From Salpingoeca rosetta (lineage: Eukaryota; Protista; Choanoflagellata), in assembly GCA_033442325.1 (NCBI GenBank), contig JAWQFM010000024.1:928106-992105 (forward strand): DNA of 64,000 nt, given 5' to 3'. The notes under the pieces are model-generated. The model searched no databases. It was not told the DNA's origin and saw only the letters and a program-made list of their open reading frames with translations. A program made the translations under genes and the position numbers. This document shows, one piece after another, positions 36,518-50,404 of the stretch (positions are counted from its first letter, which is position 1; the number at the start of each line of letters is the position of its first letter).

Positions 36518-37272
36518 CCATGCGTGAGCAAATGGACAAAACTGAGATTGACAGCAAGGAATGTGAGCACGTGAGTTCATTCACGCCTGTTGTGCATATC
36601 ATGATGTCCAACAATACACGACAAGTTCCCCCCTGCAACCCCTTCCAAGCATTTGCACCTTGGCAATGGCGTCGTTGACGTCGATGCAGCCATCCCGAGC
36701 GCGCCGGCTCGAGCGATCGCATTGCTGCTTCCCAATAAACACGTCCGCAATAGCAGCCACACTTTTGCCCTGTGGACAGCTCAGCGAAACTGTGTCTTTG
36801 CGGCGGGTATCACAGCGCAGCTCTTGCCCAAACGCAGCTGTCTGCATGATCACAAAAGGAAACGGGTGAAGGAAATCACATGTCACGTCACGTCACACAT
36901 GAGCCCGCAAGCTCATTTGTGTCGGCGGCATGACACTCGGGGGCACTGTATTGCGTGCAGGCAGGCACAACCCATGTTGACCCGCGTTGACAACCATCCA
37001 ATCACAGCAACGCTGTACCTTTGCTGGAACCTCCACGCCTCCGATGCCGACTTGCATGGGCGAGTTATGGAGCTCGATGTACTCGCGAGCGACTGTGAAC
37101 TCGTCAAAGTTGTCCAACCACGCCAGCGTCCCGCCGCGTATCTCGCACTCGTGCTGCGCAACATCAAAGGGATCATCCTGTTGTGTGTACGTGCGTGCGT
37201 GTGTGCGTGCGTGCGTGTGTGTGTGTGCGTGCGTGTGTGCGTGCGTGCGTGTGTGTGTGTGTGCGTGCGTGC

Positions 37273-37361
<89 letters not shown>

Positions 37362-38174
37362 CCAACCGCAGGAAAACGTCAACAACCAGTGCCAGTATAT
37401 TGAGCCACGAGATTGCCTCAAGGGACACGTGCTGGGCCCCAACTGAAAATACGGACAATACGCCATGCTCTGGAAACCACGACATCCAATTAGTGCCACT
37501 TGTTGTTCGCACCTCCAAAAGCAACAGCAATGGTCCGATGTCTGTGTCATCCCAGCACGCAAGCTCGCCCATCCACACGTTCCCCTGCAGCATGAGGTGG
37601 GGATAGATATGAAATGTGGTCGACAACCACACACAAGCTCAACGCATGCACGCACGCACACACGCACGTACAAGCTCAACACTTGACCAAGTGCACACAC
37701 TCACACGTAAGCACAAACAAACAAACGAACACTCACACGTAAGCACAAACAAAGCCTCACCCAGCAGTTCAGTGAGAAGTAGGAGAGCTGATCGCTGTCT
37801 GAGCAAACTTCACGACACGAGGTCCCGTCGCAGTTTGCCTGTCCGGACAGCATGAACACGGTGTGAGTGGTGGTGTCAATGCAGGCGATCAACTGCACGC
37901 GTGTATGTGTGCGAATGTATGCTTATGTACGTGAGGATGCATGTGAGCCTGTGTGCATATGTGTCTCTGTGTATGTGTGTGTGTCCATCTACGTCTCTGT
38001 GTGCCAATCGACATGATCAAGGCAGGGCATAGCAGTGGCCGTACAGTTACTGACTTCGACATGCTCTGGAATGGGCGCTGAGCCGCAGGATTCTAACAAG
38101 CAAAGTGTGTAAGAACTGGCAGTGAGGGTGTACGTCAAGGAAGGTTGGCAGATGTATGCCTGCAAGCACGTTCC

Positions 38175-38270
<96 letters not shown>

Positions 38271-40074
38271 AACGCACAGAGGAGACTAACCTGGGAAGAG
38301 GAGCTTGATGTTGGACACTCTTGTTCGTGGAATAGACTGATGATTGAAAGACGTGTTGCGCAAAGGGTGCAGCGGTGTGAGGACTCAGTGGCGTGAACCA
38401 TCGGCGTGAGCACACCTCAATCAATGAGGACAAGTAATACTCAAAGCACAACCAAAGAGCACGTTTGACGGGGTGTTGTCGAGGAGAGCAATGCTGCACA
38501 CATACGAGAGGAGGATCAGTGTCGCCAAAGTCGTTTACAAGCTCATAGTCCGTGTCATCCACATCCATGACTGTCATTGTCAGCACCTAGCGAAAGGGCA
38601 AGCACCGTGAGTTGGCAATCATGGCTGGTGCAATTAAAGACTAAAGGCCAAAATCCTGCGGGAAGAAGGTCAGGATGTGCAAGCACAACATACACATGAA
38701 AAAATATACACACACGCACACACACGCACACGCACACGCACACGCACACGCACACGCACACAAACACGTATACATAGAGCACCATACAGCTGGCTGCACA
38801 GCATACCAAGCCGCTCTCGCGATGTGCCTCGGTGAGCGGTCCCAGACTGTTCATTGCAAAATAGAACATGCAGAGCAATGCCGGCGTGTGACAAGAAGAA
38901 GAAGACAAAACGAAGGCAATATTGCGCAAAGCAGCCATGAGGTCGCTGGGTTGGCCCCATGCACGCTTCCAACCCCCCCCCCCCCACACACACACACATG
39001 CACACACACACCTGCACTCGTATGTGGTGGTTGTGACACTCCGAGCTGTGGCACATACTGATGGCACAAACAGTTCAGACAAGACAATGTGTGCATGATA
39101 AGTCAGCACAGGTGAGCAGGCGAGCACCCGTCATCAATACTCCCTCGCTTGCTACGCCTCTCTCTCTCTCTCTCTCTCGCTCTCTCAAACCGTGAAACCA
39201 CAAGCGGCGAAGCACAAGCATCACAACTTCCTCCCATAGAACATCACAACAAGAGTACGCACAGCTTGCCAAGGGGTGGAGTGGAACCTGCAGTCCCAAC
39301 ACACCATTGGTCATGGCAGCAAAGTGAGTGAGCAGCTGGGCAATCAACTTGAAGCGCGGGGCTGTTGGCCAACAAGCAAGGCGTGCGGGTACCACCAAGA
39401 AAGAAGAAAACAAAAGCAAACGGATCTGCAGACGCTCTCACGGTTTCGTCTTCTTGGTGAATGGCCATGATTTCAAGGCAGGAAGGCTCGCCTTCCCCAC
39501 ACAGCTTCAGCCGTAAGACATCTCCCAAACGCGGCACCATCAAGTTCTCAAGGTGGACGTCGTCTTGAACTTCGACAAACGCACGCAGCTCGTCTCCAAA
39601 CCATGAGAACCATGCCTGCAAGCACGCCACACCAAAATGCAACGCATACAGATGTGGACGGGAGGCATTGGTGAAAAGTCAAAAAACGAAGAGAAGAAGA
39701 GAGGACACCACACAGATACACACAGACACACACACGCGCATATACACACAGACACACACACGCATACACACATACATGCACACACACGCGCGCGCGCTGA
39801 CCTTGACGCTGTGGTCTCTGAAGCCGTTGTAGACGACTGGCGTCCCGTCGATGGTGGGCCGAAATGCACCAGAGTGTATGCTGTTGATGGGACGGAAGAA
39901 GGAGTAGATGTCATCCTTCACTGCATCCATTTTTGTGTTCACATTTGGGACCTGGTAATCGTCGGGGCTCTGGCCCACGCACACCGCACTGCCCCACACC
40001 ACCACCACGACCACCACGACCGACACCCCGAACAGCGACGGCGACAGCATTGCCACACCTCTCCAGCAAGCCAT
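34171..40074 (-). CDS. Type I membrane receptor: CBM9/DOMON-like module, Cys-rich linker, C-type lectin domain with nested SUEL-like domain, Thr/Ser mucin stalk, TM, Tyr-motif tail
   Basis: Signal peptide at ~40074-39975. Phase-consistent exons 37177-37019, 36841-36659, 36378-36120, 35820-35749, 35565-34858, 34664-34588 and 34368-34171. CTLD motifs: ECEIRGGTLA, FVWPDG, EPNN, EDC, MNDTPC, YLC. TM: WVFGAIAAGAAVLLLVAVVFAASFY. Confidence 0.8.
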
Positions 40075-40224
40075 GAAGCGTGCGTGTGTTTGGCTGTGAA
40101 GCGCGACTCAGTTGTTGCTGGCTCCTCCTTCGTTGTTTGTTTGCGGAAAATTGGCACAGGCATTCATAATGCTCGAGGGACAAGTGGAATGAGGAGGCAC
40201 AAACAAAAGGGGCAAAGAAAGGGC

Positions 40225-40299
<75 letters not shown>

Positions 40300-40317
40300 G
40301 TGTGAGCTTGTGCTGGG

Positions 40318-41476
40318 CTAATGGTCGCCAACGAGGGCAAGGAGGATCTTGCGATAGTTGCCGCCCGTGTCAGACTGTGCAAACGCACACAAACACGGAT
40401 GAATATGTGAGCGAGGACGGTGTGTGTGCGCAGAATAACATTGAACCAAACATATTCCTCAATACACACACACATAAACACGCGCGCAACACGACAACAG
40501 TAGGAAGCATGCGCCTGCCGTCTGTACCTTGATCCACGACTCCATGGTCTTGCCGTACTTGCGCTGGAAGGCCTGCTTGATCTCAACCATATCAACCTGT
40601 GCGCACAAAGGTGGGGACGGTGCGAGTTAGCTTCGTGCGTGCGTGTGTGCGTGTTGTTGTGGACTGTGCGTGTGTGTGTCGGTTTGCGTGTGTTCATGTG
40701 TGTGTCGGTCTGTCTGTGTGTACGCGTGTTGTTGTGTGCTTTGTGTCTGTGTATGTGTGCGTGCATTTCAGTTCTGTGTGGGCACACTGATTCTTCTCAC
40801 CTCGCAGCGCGAAACAACACAGCGCGTGAGGGTCCGTTCGTCCGTACCCAGGCCCTGTCAGATACCATGAAGGCACCAGCAACGGTGACCAAGGTTGGTG
40901 TGTGTGTTGTGTTGTGTATGTGTGTGTGTGTGTATAAAACGCATATTCCAGCCACGCACGACACCAACAACTACGCTGTGTGACATGCCCTGACACAAAC
41001 ATGCTTGCACCCATTCACACATACACCCACGCCCACACCTTCATGCTGCGGTAGATGCGCTCGGCAAAGTACTCCGGTTTGCTCAGCACACACTTGGCTG
41101 CATGGTGGTGATGGCGGCGGTTGTGGTTGTGGGGCGAAGCGGTCAACGCAAGTGCGTGTGGACCACGAAACACATGTTGACATGCAGCGTCCCAACACAC
41201 ACGGGGGAATCGCACGCACGCACAGGCACACACACACACACATACGCACACACACACACACATACACACACACACACATACACATGGTTCGTGCGTGCAG
41301 GTGTGTGCGGGGTCTCACCGATAGCGACCATTCCGTTGCGAAGATCGCCGCTCATCTCGCGCTTGATTGATTTCACAATGTCGTACTTGCAAATCTGAAA
41401 ACGCATTCACAAACAAACGCACCAAAAAGCCGCACATGTGTCAGCACCAGTGTGATATACCCGAACACACACACAC

Positions 41477-41507
<31 letters not shown>

Positions 41508-42908
41508 AGATTGAACATGCATGCACGTGCGCGTGCTTGCAGGCACACCTTTGAGTACTCCTTGAAGGTGAGGCGAAGCTGGGGAAAGCTGCGTGCGCAC
41601 AGAATGTGGTTGAACGTGGATTCATCGGTTCCCCACCGCGCCTCGCCTGCAACAATCAATGATAGTGATGAAATAACAAGAAAGTGAACACGCACGGCCT
41701 GTGTGTGTGTGTGTGCGTGCGTACGTGGGTGTGTGTGTGTGTGTGTGTGTGTCTGTCTTGACTCAAGGGAATGCAGGCAAGGGTGTCGTATTACCAGCAG
41801 AGTAGAGCTTCTTCGCATCCTCGCGGGCCATTGCTTCGTCCACAGGCGTGCTGTTGTCATCGCAAGAGATGAAACACAGCGACATGACGCCAGCCATCAG
41901 CGTACCACAACCCATCACACACACACACACACACCACACACACACACGCACACACACGCATGCACACACATACACACACACACACAAACGCAAGTGACAG
42001 CGATATGCACAACAACAGATATACATGTGCACGTATACGCGGGCTGCCATCACAGGTAGGCACCTGTTTGGTGGGCGGTTTGCTTGCAGGAGAGCAACAA
42101 GCAAGCGTTTGAAATGTCCGCTCGTTTCGGAAATAATGTCCTTCTCGAGATCGCGCTGGTACTCCTGGCGGTAGGCGGACACAATCTAACACACGCGCAC
42201 ATGCACACGCCGTTGTTGAAAGCGGTTTGGTGGGCAGGGATGGGGGGGGGGGTGAATTGGTCCACACTCTCGCTGCGCACTACAAGGCCTCCGCGATTGC
42301 ACAGATGCTCAGACACACACACACACACACACACAGTTATGCTGACACACTCACACACGCTCTCTTTGTTACACATGCATGTACACCCTGTATCAATACA
42401 CATAAACCACCGCCATCTAACCAAACCCCCCACCCCCCATGCAGCGTCCGGTGTTGGCACTCGCACCTCCTTGATGTCGTCACGGTCGCGCGTGACGAGA
42501 ATTTCAATCAGGCAGCGCTCATCCGTTCCAAGACCTGCACCAACCAGTCGCAACACCACCAGGCAGCACAGCACGCACGCGCACGCGTTAGCACTGAATT
42601 GGAATACAACAATAGGCAGGCATCACACATGGCGAAGCACTGAGAACTAAGCACCCAAAGTAGCCACTCCCTCGCACACCACTGCATGCCGCGTGCTGCG
42701 TACAACACCACCTTGCATGGCCTTCCTAAGCCAGTGCGCATCGCGAACGGGCGTGTCACGCATCAGCGCCATCACCGCTTCCCGGAAATCCCCGCCAATC
42801 TCGCTGTGCAGCTGTGCGTTTGTGTGTTTGTGCGTTTGTGTGTATGTGCATGTGTGTGTGTACGTCAGTACATGTGTGCACAGGTCAAACTAAAGGAGGT
42901 TGTAAACA

Positions 42909-42962
<54 letters not shown>

Positions 42963-44890
42963 AATGCGTACGACGCGACATGTGCGAGTCTCAACAAATG
43001 AAGCAAACGTCCGCAGGACACAAGAAAGACGATTTCTCTTGGGGGGGGGCGGGCGTACCATCTTCTCCAGGTCCTTGCCGTACATGGTCTTGAACTTGAG
43101 CTTGATTTCCTGTCGCTGACGCGTGCTCCGGTACGCAACCACCTGCAGTGATGTGACAACACGTCGCACATGCAGCACGACACGACAATTGGGAGGGGGC
43201 GGCGTTCGAGGGAACAGACACAGAGAACATCCACAGCACACAAAACACACACAAACACACACAACATAGCACCGCAGCTCGGCATGCACACACGCACGCA
43301 CACACGCACACACACATACACGCACACACACGCACACAAACATACACGCACACACACGCACACAACGCACGCACATACACACACACAACGCACATTAATG
43401 ACGGTGCCCTTGTCGCAGCCGAGGCCTTTCATGGCCTTGCGCAGGGCGGCGGAATCCGCTTCCGGATCAAACGCAGACGAAGGGCGACACGTGCCTGTGG
43501 AGGGTTACAGACCACACAACAACAGAACGAGTGCGCGCGCACACATGCAAACATGCCGTGACAAACAACACAGTGTGAGATCCACAAGTCAGAGGAATGC
43601 AAGACAGGTTCCCGGTTTCCTTACACGCACACACACATAACACAAACACAAACACAAACACTAACACTAACATACAAACACAAACACAAACACAAACACA
43701 AACACGCACACACACATAACACAAACACAAACACAAACACTAACACTAACATACAAACACAAACACAAACACAAACACAAACATACACGTGCGCACGTGC
43801 ACACACACGCACATGCACGCACACACGTTAGCACGCATGTTACCGTGTGTTTGCGGCTCCTCGATGGCCAGGGTGGACATGGAGAGCGTCAAGTCGTCCT
43901 CATCATCGGTTGTCGACAGCGTTGACTGACGCCTCCCTGGCGCCTGTGCTGATGCTGGTGGCGCAGGGGCTTGGCCAGGCGGCTTGGGCGCAGAGCCCCC
44001 GTACACGCTCCCGGTGTGCGAAGGTGGAGGTGGCGCAACGTGCTGTGGCTGATACTGTGGCTGGCCCGGTGGTGGCGGCTGCTGCTGGTATTGCTGCTGC
44101 TGCTGCTGCGGGTATGGCTGCTGTGGCTGGTGCTGCGGCTGGGGCGGAGGCGGAGCGTAGCCATGGTGAGGCTGTGGCGGCGGTGCTTGGCTGTACGGCT
44201 GAGAGTGAGCCGGTGGCGGTGGCGCGTGGCCATACGGTGCAGGCTGCTGGTGCTGCTGCTGCTGCGGAGGTGGAGGCGCTGGGTACCCAGGCTGCTGCTG
44301 GTGTTGCTGCGGATAGCCGTAAGGTTGCTGCTGCTGAGGTGGAGGAGGTGCACCGTAGGGTGGCTGGTGTTGCTGCGGCGGGGGTGGTGCACCGTACGGT
44401 GGTTGCTGCTGCTGTGGATAGCCGTAAGGCGGTTGCTGCTGTTGCTGGGGTGGTGGAGGTGCACCGTATGGCGGTTGGTGTGGGTGTTGCTGAGGCGGAG
44501 GTGGCGCGCCGTAAGGGTAACCGGGCTGCTGCTGTTGGCCTGGTGGCGGAGGTGCCGGGTGCCCTGGTTGAGGGTACCCCGGGTAGGGCGGCTGCTGTCC
44601 TGGGTAGCCTATCCAATACACACACGCGCACGAAGAGCAGTGACAAGCACCATGCACACACACACACACACACGGACACAGGTATGAAGCGGTGTCAATT
44701 TCATTGCAAAAACACACACACACACACAAGTGAGACGTATAGTGAACACTGTCACCAATGTAACAACCAACAGGCCCAATTGATCGACAAGCAAGCACAG
44801 AGGACAAGCAGCAGCCAAGCACCACCCAGACTTGCCACCACCACATCCCCCATCTCCCATCAGCACACCACACCCACCATGATACGACAT
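40318..44890 (-). CDS. Annexin (A7/A11-like) with long Pro/Gln/Tyr/Gly-rich N-terminus
   Basis: Starts [17 protein letters not shown]. Four annexin repeats: [62 protein letters not shown]. Ends [18 protein letters not shown] (TAG at 40320-40318). Confidence 0.96.
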
Positions 44891-45319
44891 CGTTGTTGTT
44901 GGCTTCTTGGGGTTTTGTGGGGTTTTGTGGATGGTTGGAAATTTATGTATGTCACAGCCAATCGCCAACCTCCCAGGAGGCACAGCGAAGAAGAACAGGA
45001 AGGAGCGAAAGGACTTTGTGGCGGGTCACGTGCCCTGCGTGCCAGCGTCGAATAAGCCAACAACCCTCTGACATGCACTTAGTGCAGAGCCACTGTTTCC
45101 TCTTCCGCTTGTGCTTTATTTGCTCAATCGTTTGCTCATTCGTTCGTTCAATCGCTTAGGAGCACTTACAAAGCAGGCACACATGGCACACAAGGCACAG
45201 CTAAAGAACCAATGTAAGTAAAGCAAGGCAAATTAGGATGACTATGGTGGATCCTCTCGGATCAAGAAAGCAAACTCGACCACGCAACATCACAAATCAG
45301 ACCCTCACAAGCAACACGC

Positions 45320-45405
<86 letters not shown>

Positions 45406-45440
45406 ACACCGCTCATGACGCCGCTCACTCAAAAGCATGG

Positions 45441-48400
45441 CTAACACTCCGCTCCTGCTTGCTCTTTCTCCCCTGCTCTTCTGCGTGAAGGCACAAGAGG
45501 CATGTCCCGCAAACTCTCGCCAAACATATATCTGGAAGGAGTCATGGCTGGAACCAGCCCAGCCATGCCATGCGTCACCCGCTCAAACACAAACGCCTCC
45601 TCATCCTCCCCATGGACATTGTCTGTGTTGCGTTGCTCTCCCCTTTGCCATCTTCGAGCGCGCTTGGCGTCGTCGCATTGTTGCGCATCATCATCGCCAT
45701 GTGTCTCTGACTCCACAACCGATTCCTCATCGTCAGTGTTGTCGTCGCCCCCACCACGCTGGCACGTGCCAGCTGTACGGACGTCACTTCGCTGCACGCG
45801 CCACAGCTGCCGCATGCCGCTGTTACCGCTTCCGCTGCGACACTCGGCAACAGCGTTGAGGTTCATCACATCCCCCATCTCCTCCCCTTCTTCCTCACCT
45901 TCCTCCACTTCTTCCACCCATTCTTCTTCTTCTTCCTCCTCCTCCTCCTCCTCTTCCTCGTACCGCTCTTGAATGCCATGGAGCAGCCGGCCACTCCTGC
46001 ACAAACTCTCTTGCTCCTCTTTCTCTTCGTCCTCCTCAAGATGACACGCATGCCAGGCACCACGTGCTTGCACCGGCACCGGCACCGCGTTGCACTGCAC
46101 TTCCAGCTCCGCCTGTGCCCCGGTATCTCGTGTCGCTCGGCCGAGTGGCCGCAGCCGCGTGTACGTTGACAAACGCGAGTGAGGGCCCACTGATGGTGGT
46201 TCGCTTGAAGAAGGGTGCGTGCTTGCCCACGCAGCGAAGGAGCAGGCAGTTGGCGACATTGCCGTGGGCGGACGATGCGAGGACGAGGAGGTGCAGCGTC
46301 GTAGTGGCCGCAGCTCAATCCGCTCGTATGTAGCTCTGCCCCCATGATGTGTGACGTGTGGAGACGAGGAGGCAGCAGATGCCACGTCAGTAGTGGTCGG
46401 CAAATGCGGTGATGAAGAATACACAGATGACTCGTCCTGAACAGCAGACAGCGGCATGTCATCGATGGAAGTGCTCAGATGGTGCTGCACCCCTGGTCGC
46501 GTCATTTCGGCCGCTTGCGTCCCTGACAGATGTGCTTGTTGCCACAAGTGCGCCGTGTGAGGAGGCTGGTGTGTTCTCGTGCCTGCAGGCATGTCTGGTG
46601 TGTCTCTGTCCTCTTCATCGCAGGATGGAAGCAGCATATCAAGGCTCGTGGTGCTGTGGCCATGACCGTGATCGTACCCATGGCGTTGGTGAGAGCGTGC
46701 GTGACGGCTGGCATAGCCGTGCTGGAAGCGACCATCATCGCCATCACCATTAACAGTGCATGGCGATGAGGTGGAAGCCAACCCAATCGATGATGACGCG
46801 GACAGAGATGTACTTGAGAGCGACGGTACGGGGCGGAGCTTGGGCTCCCCACGGCACGGAACCAGGCACCCCAGCCGCGCCCAGCCGCACCCGTGCTGGT
46901 CAACGACAACACCATCGTCGTCGCCGCCGCCGCCATCGCCATGGCGTTGCCGGCGATGCCCTTGGTGCTGTGCCCGCTCCCGGTGTCGGCGGGCTGTGCT
47001 GGCTTGACTCGTGCCTCTTGCATGTCGTCCAGCACCAGTGCTGGTGCTGGTGCTGGTACTGATGACAGACAGGGCGGACTCTCGGCGTCTGGTGGATCCG
47101 CAACGCACGTGAGGAATGGCCGGAGCAGGCTTGTCACGCAGCACCACCACCAGCACAACGCACGCCGCCACCACAATGACCACGCACACTGCGCCCAGGG
47201 CCACGAAGACCATGAGGTGCGATCGCGCTGCTTCTCCTCCTTGGTCGCCGCTCTGGCCATTGTCGCCGCCACCGCCGCCACCGGCACCGCCGCCATCACC
47301 ACCACTGCCGCTGCCGTCACCGGCGCCATCACCTCCGCCGCCACCACGCCCACCGGCAGTGGTGGTGATCACGGACGGTGACAGGGACGTTGGCCGCCCC
47401 ACAATCATGCCACCGCTTCGGGGATCAACAACGGTGAAGGCGTCGAGGCTGAGCAAGCGAGCGGCTGCGTTGTCATCCTGCAAGTCCAAAAGCGCGGCAA
47501 AGACGGGCGCTTTCATCCACCGCACGCCAACAAAGCCGACGGCAAGCACAGGCGGTGTGCGCACGGCGGCTGCCAGCGCGGCCTCCACACGCTCACGCTC
47601 ATGGTCGGAGGAGAAGTTGAGCATGGGCACAGTGACGGTGACGGTGACCAGGTGTGTCACGGGGGCGATGGAGCACAAGCGGTCGGAGGAGAAGGTGGGC
47701 GCGCGCACCTCGTAGGCTGGGGGTTTGCACGCAGTCATGTTTGCGCATTCACAGTCCGACGTTGGCGTGGGTGGCACAGCCATGTACTGCACATCCCAAT
47801 CGCATGGCGTCACGTCACTGCACGTGCGGTCTGATGTCACGGTTGGGGCGCGCTCTTCAAATTGCATTTCGCCACAGGTGGTGACCGGCTGGCAGACAGT
47901 GTCCATAGCACCAGATGCTGCGCGCGCGCGGAAAAACGCGGGAAAGTCGCACTCGGTGATATTTGCACACTGCACATCGCTCGTGCTCGTCGGCTCCCCG
48001 GCTACGTACTCCTGCAGACATCAAACAGTGGTATTGGGAGTATGTCAGTGGGGTGGCAACCGTGTGCATGTGTGTCTGTGAGGGGCGTGTGCACATGCAA
48101 ATGCAACTGCGTGTCTGTGCATGCCACCAAACATGCATCCATTTGTGTGCGTTTCATCGAGGATACCAACACAGAACACATCAACAGCCGTGAATCTGTC
48201 GAGACATCGGCAGCGCGCAAGCATGGGTCCACGTCCCGGACACGTACAGATGCTGTGCACTGAGAGTAAGGCGCGCAGACGATGTTTGATGTTGTGGTGG
48301 CTGGTGCCACCTGGTACGATGTGGCGGGGCAGTGCTGAACCGGTACGCACGTGCGGTCTGTTGTCGGGGTGGCCTCCACCAGCACATACGTGTCTCCAAG

Positions 48401-48471
48401 TGTTGGTGCACATGATCGTGTGTGCAGATGGTGAGATAGTGTGTGTGTGCAGATGGTGAGATAGTGTGTGT

Positions 48472-48521
<50 letters not shown>

Positions 48522-50358
48522 CAGGTCAAGAAGCAAACCCCCTCTTCCCTCTGCATGTTGAAGGGCACTCACAAGGACGGCAGTTGGTATGGGCGTCACA
48601 CACGCGATCCGTCGTTGGCGTTGGCGCCTTCGTCTGCCCAGAATGTGTGTGAGAGTGAGAGAGAGTGAGTGAGTGAGAGTGAGTGTGAGTGTGTGAGAGA
48701 GTGAGAGAGAGTGTGTGTGTGTATACGAGAGGATGTGACTTGTGGTGAGAAAGTGTGGTCACAGAGAGGGTGTGCGCACTTGGCTCAACCACAAGCAGCA
48801 ACAACGACAGTTGCCCCCGCCCCAACTACATGGAAGTCTGGCACGGCGCACCTCATATTGCCCAGGCGCACACTCAGTCAAGTGCTCGCAACGCGTGTCT
48901 GTTGTGGCGGTGGGCGCCTGAAGCATGTACTCGCCCGGGTGACACACGCGGGCGTAAACGCACTGGCGATCACATGTGGGCGTTGGCGGCGTCCATTCAA
49001 ACTCTCCGCGCTGGTAGAGGAAAGGGGGGGGGGGGAGGAGGCAGAGAGAAGAAGGGAAGGGGATTCAAAGACAAGCAAGCAGACATATGGTGGTTACTCT
49101 AGCTCGAGCTCATGGTGAAGGTACTACACCGTACATACAATGTGCCCGTATGTCTCGAATCGACGCGCGAGCGAGCACTTGAGCAAACATCCTTGCAAAC
49201 ACAACGACACAAGCAGTACGCCTGCGGACACAAGGGTGCGCACACACCTGGCATGATCGAAAGGGCTTGCAAACACGATCTGAAGTGGCGGTGGGCCGCA
49301 CAGCCTCGTATTCTTGACTACTGCACGTGCTGACATTTGAGCATGCGGCGCCCGCGTGAGCGGTAGCCAGCAACGCCACGTATTGGCTACAAGCACAAAA
49401 TTCGCATGCATGCATGCATGCAAACAAACGTAGATTAGGTATGACGCGGTGAGCATTGGTTGGGAAGCGCTGTAGAATGAGCCGAATGCGCAGTGTGATC
49501 GTGCGTGTGTGGTTGGTTCAGGGAGAGAGTCGAGTGCGCATGCAAGAGCGCTCCACTGAGCCATGGTTTGTTGAACAGGACGAGTGCAACGTGTGTGAGT
49601 GTTCTGTGCACGGTGCAGCAGTGCCAACGCACCTGCCGCCGCAGGTGGTCATGTTGGAGCACAATCGGTCAGAGGTGAGCGTCGGCGAGCGCGCCTCATA
49701 TTGGAGCGCGGAGCAGCGGGTGCAGCGCTGGCACACACGGTCGCTCGTCAGTGTGGGGGGTGTGACCTCATACTGCGCAAATGCACGAGTTCAGAGAGAA
49801 GTGGGGGAGGGTGAGGACTGGTTGTTAGTCGCTTCTGTGCAGCGTATCGCAAGTGGTCCGTCTGCCTCGGCACCATCAACAAACCACGCGTCATTCACAC
49901 CTACACACACATATCTCCACACTCACACATTCACTCACACGCTAACACACTCACTGATGCTCACACTCTCTCACTCACACACACACACACACGCACACAA
50001 AACCTCACACACACACAAAACCTCACGCACCTCATCCAAGTGAAAGCTGCAAGTGGTCAGAGGCACGCAGTCTTGAGCCTGAATGTCGTAATACTGTGCA
50101 CTTGTGCAGCCTGTTGCTGTGGTGTTTGTGGCTGCGCAAGCAAAGGCAAGCCACCCCAGATAAAGACATGACATGATATGATGTTGGCGATGAGTGCGTG
50201 GCAATTTGCAGGGGGTACCAATGATGAGCGCAAAGGACATGTGCTGTCTTGTGGGACATGTGACGGATCATCTCACCAGCGCAGACAGCATCGGATGTCA
50301 GGGTTGCGGCCGTGGCCTCCACTTCGCATCGAGACACCGCTGCACAGTTGTGTGATTT

Positions 50359-50404
<46 letters not shown>

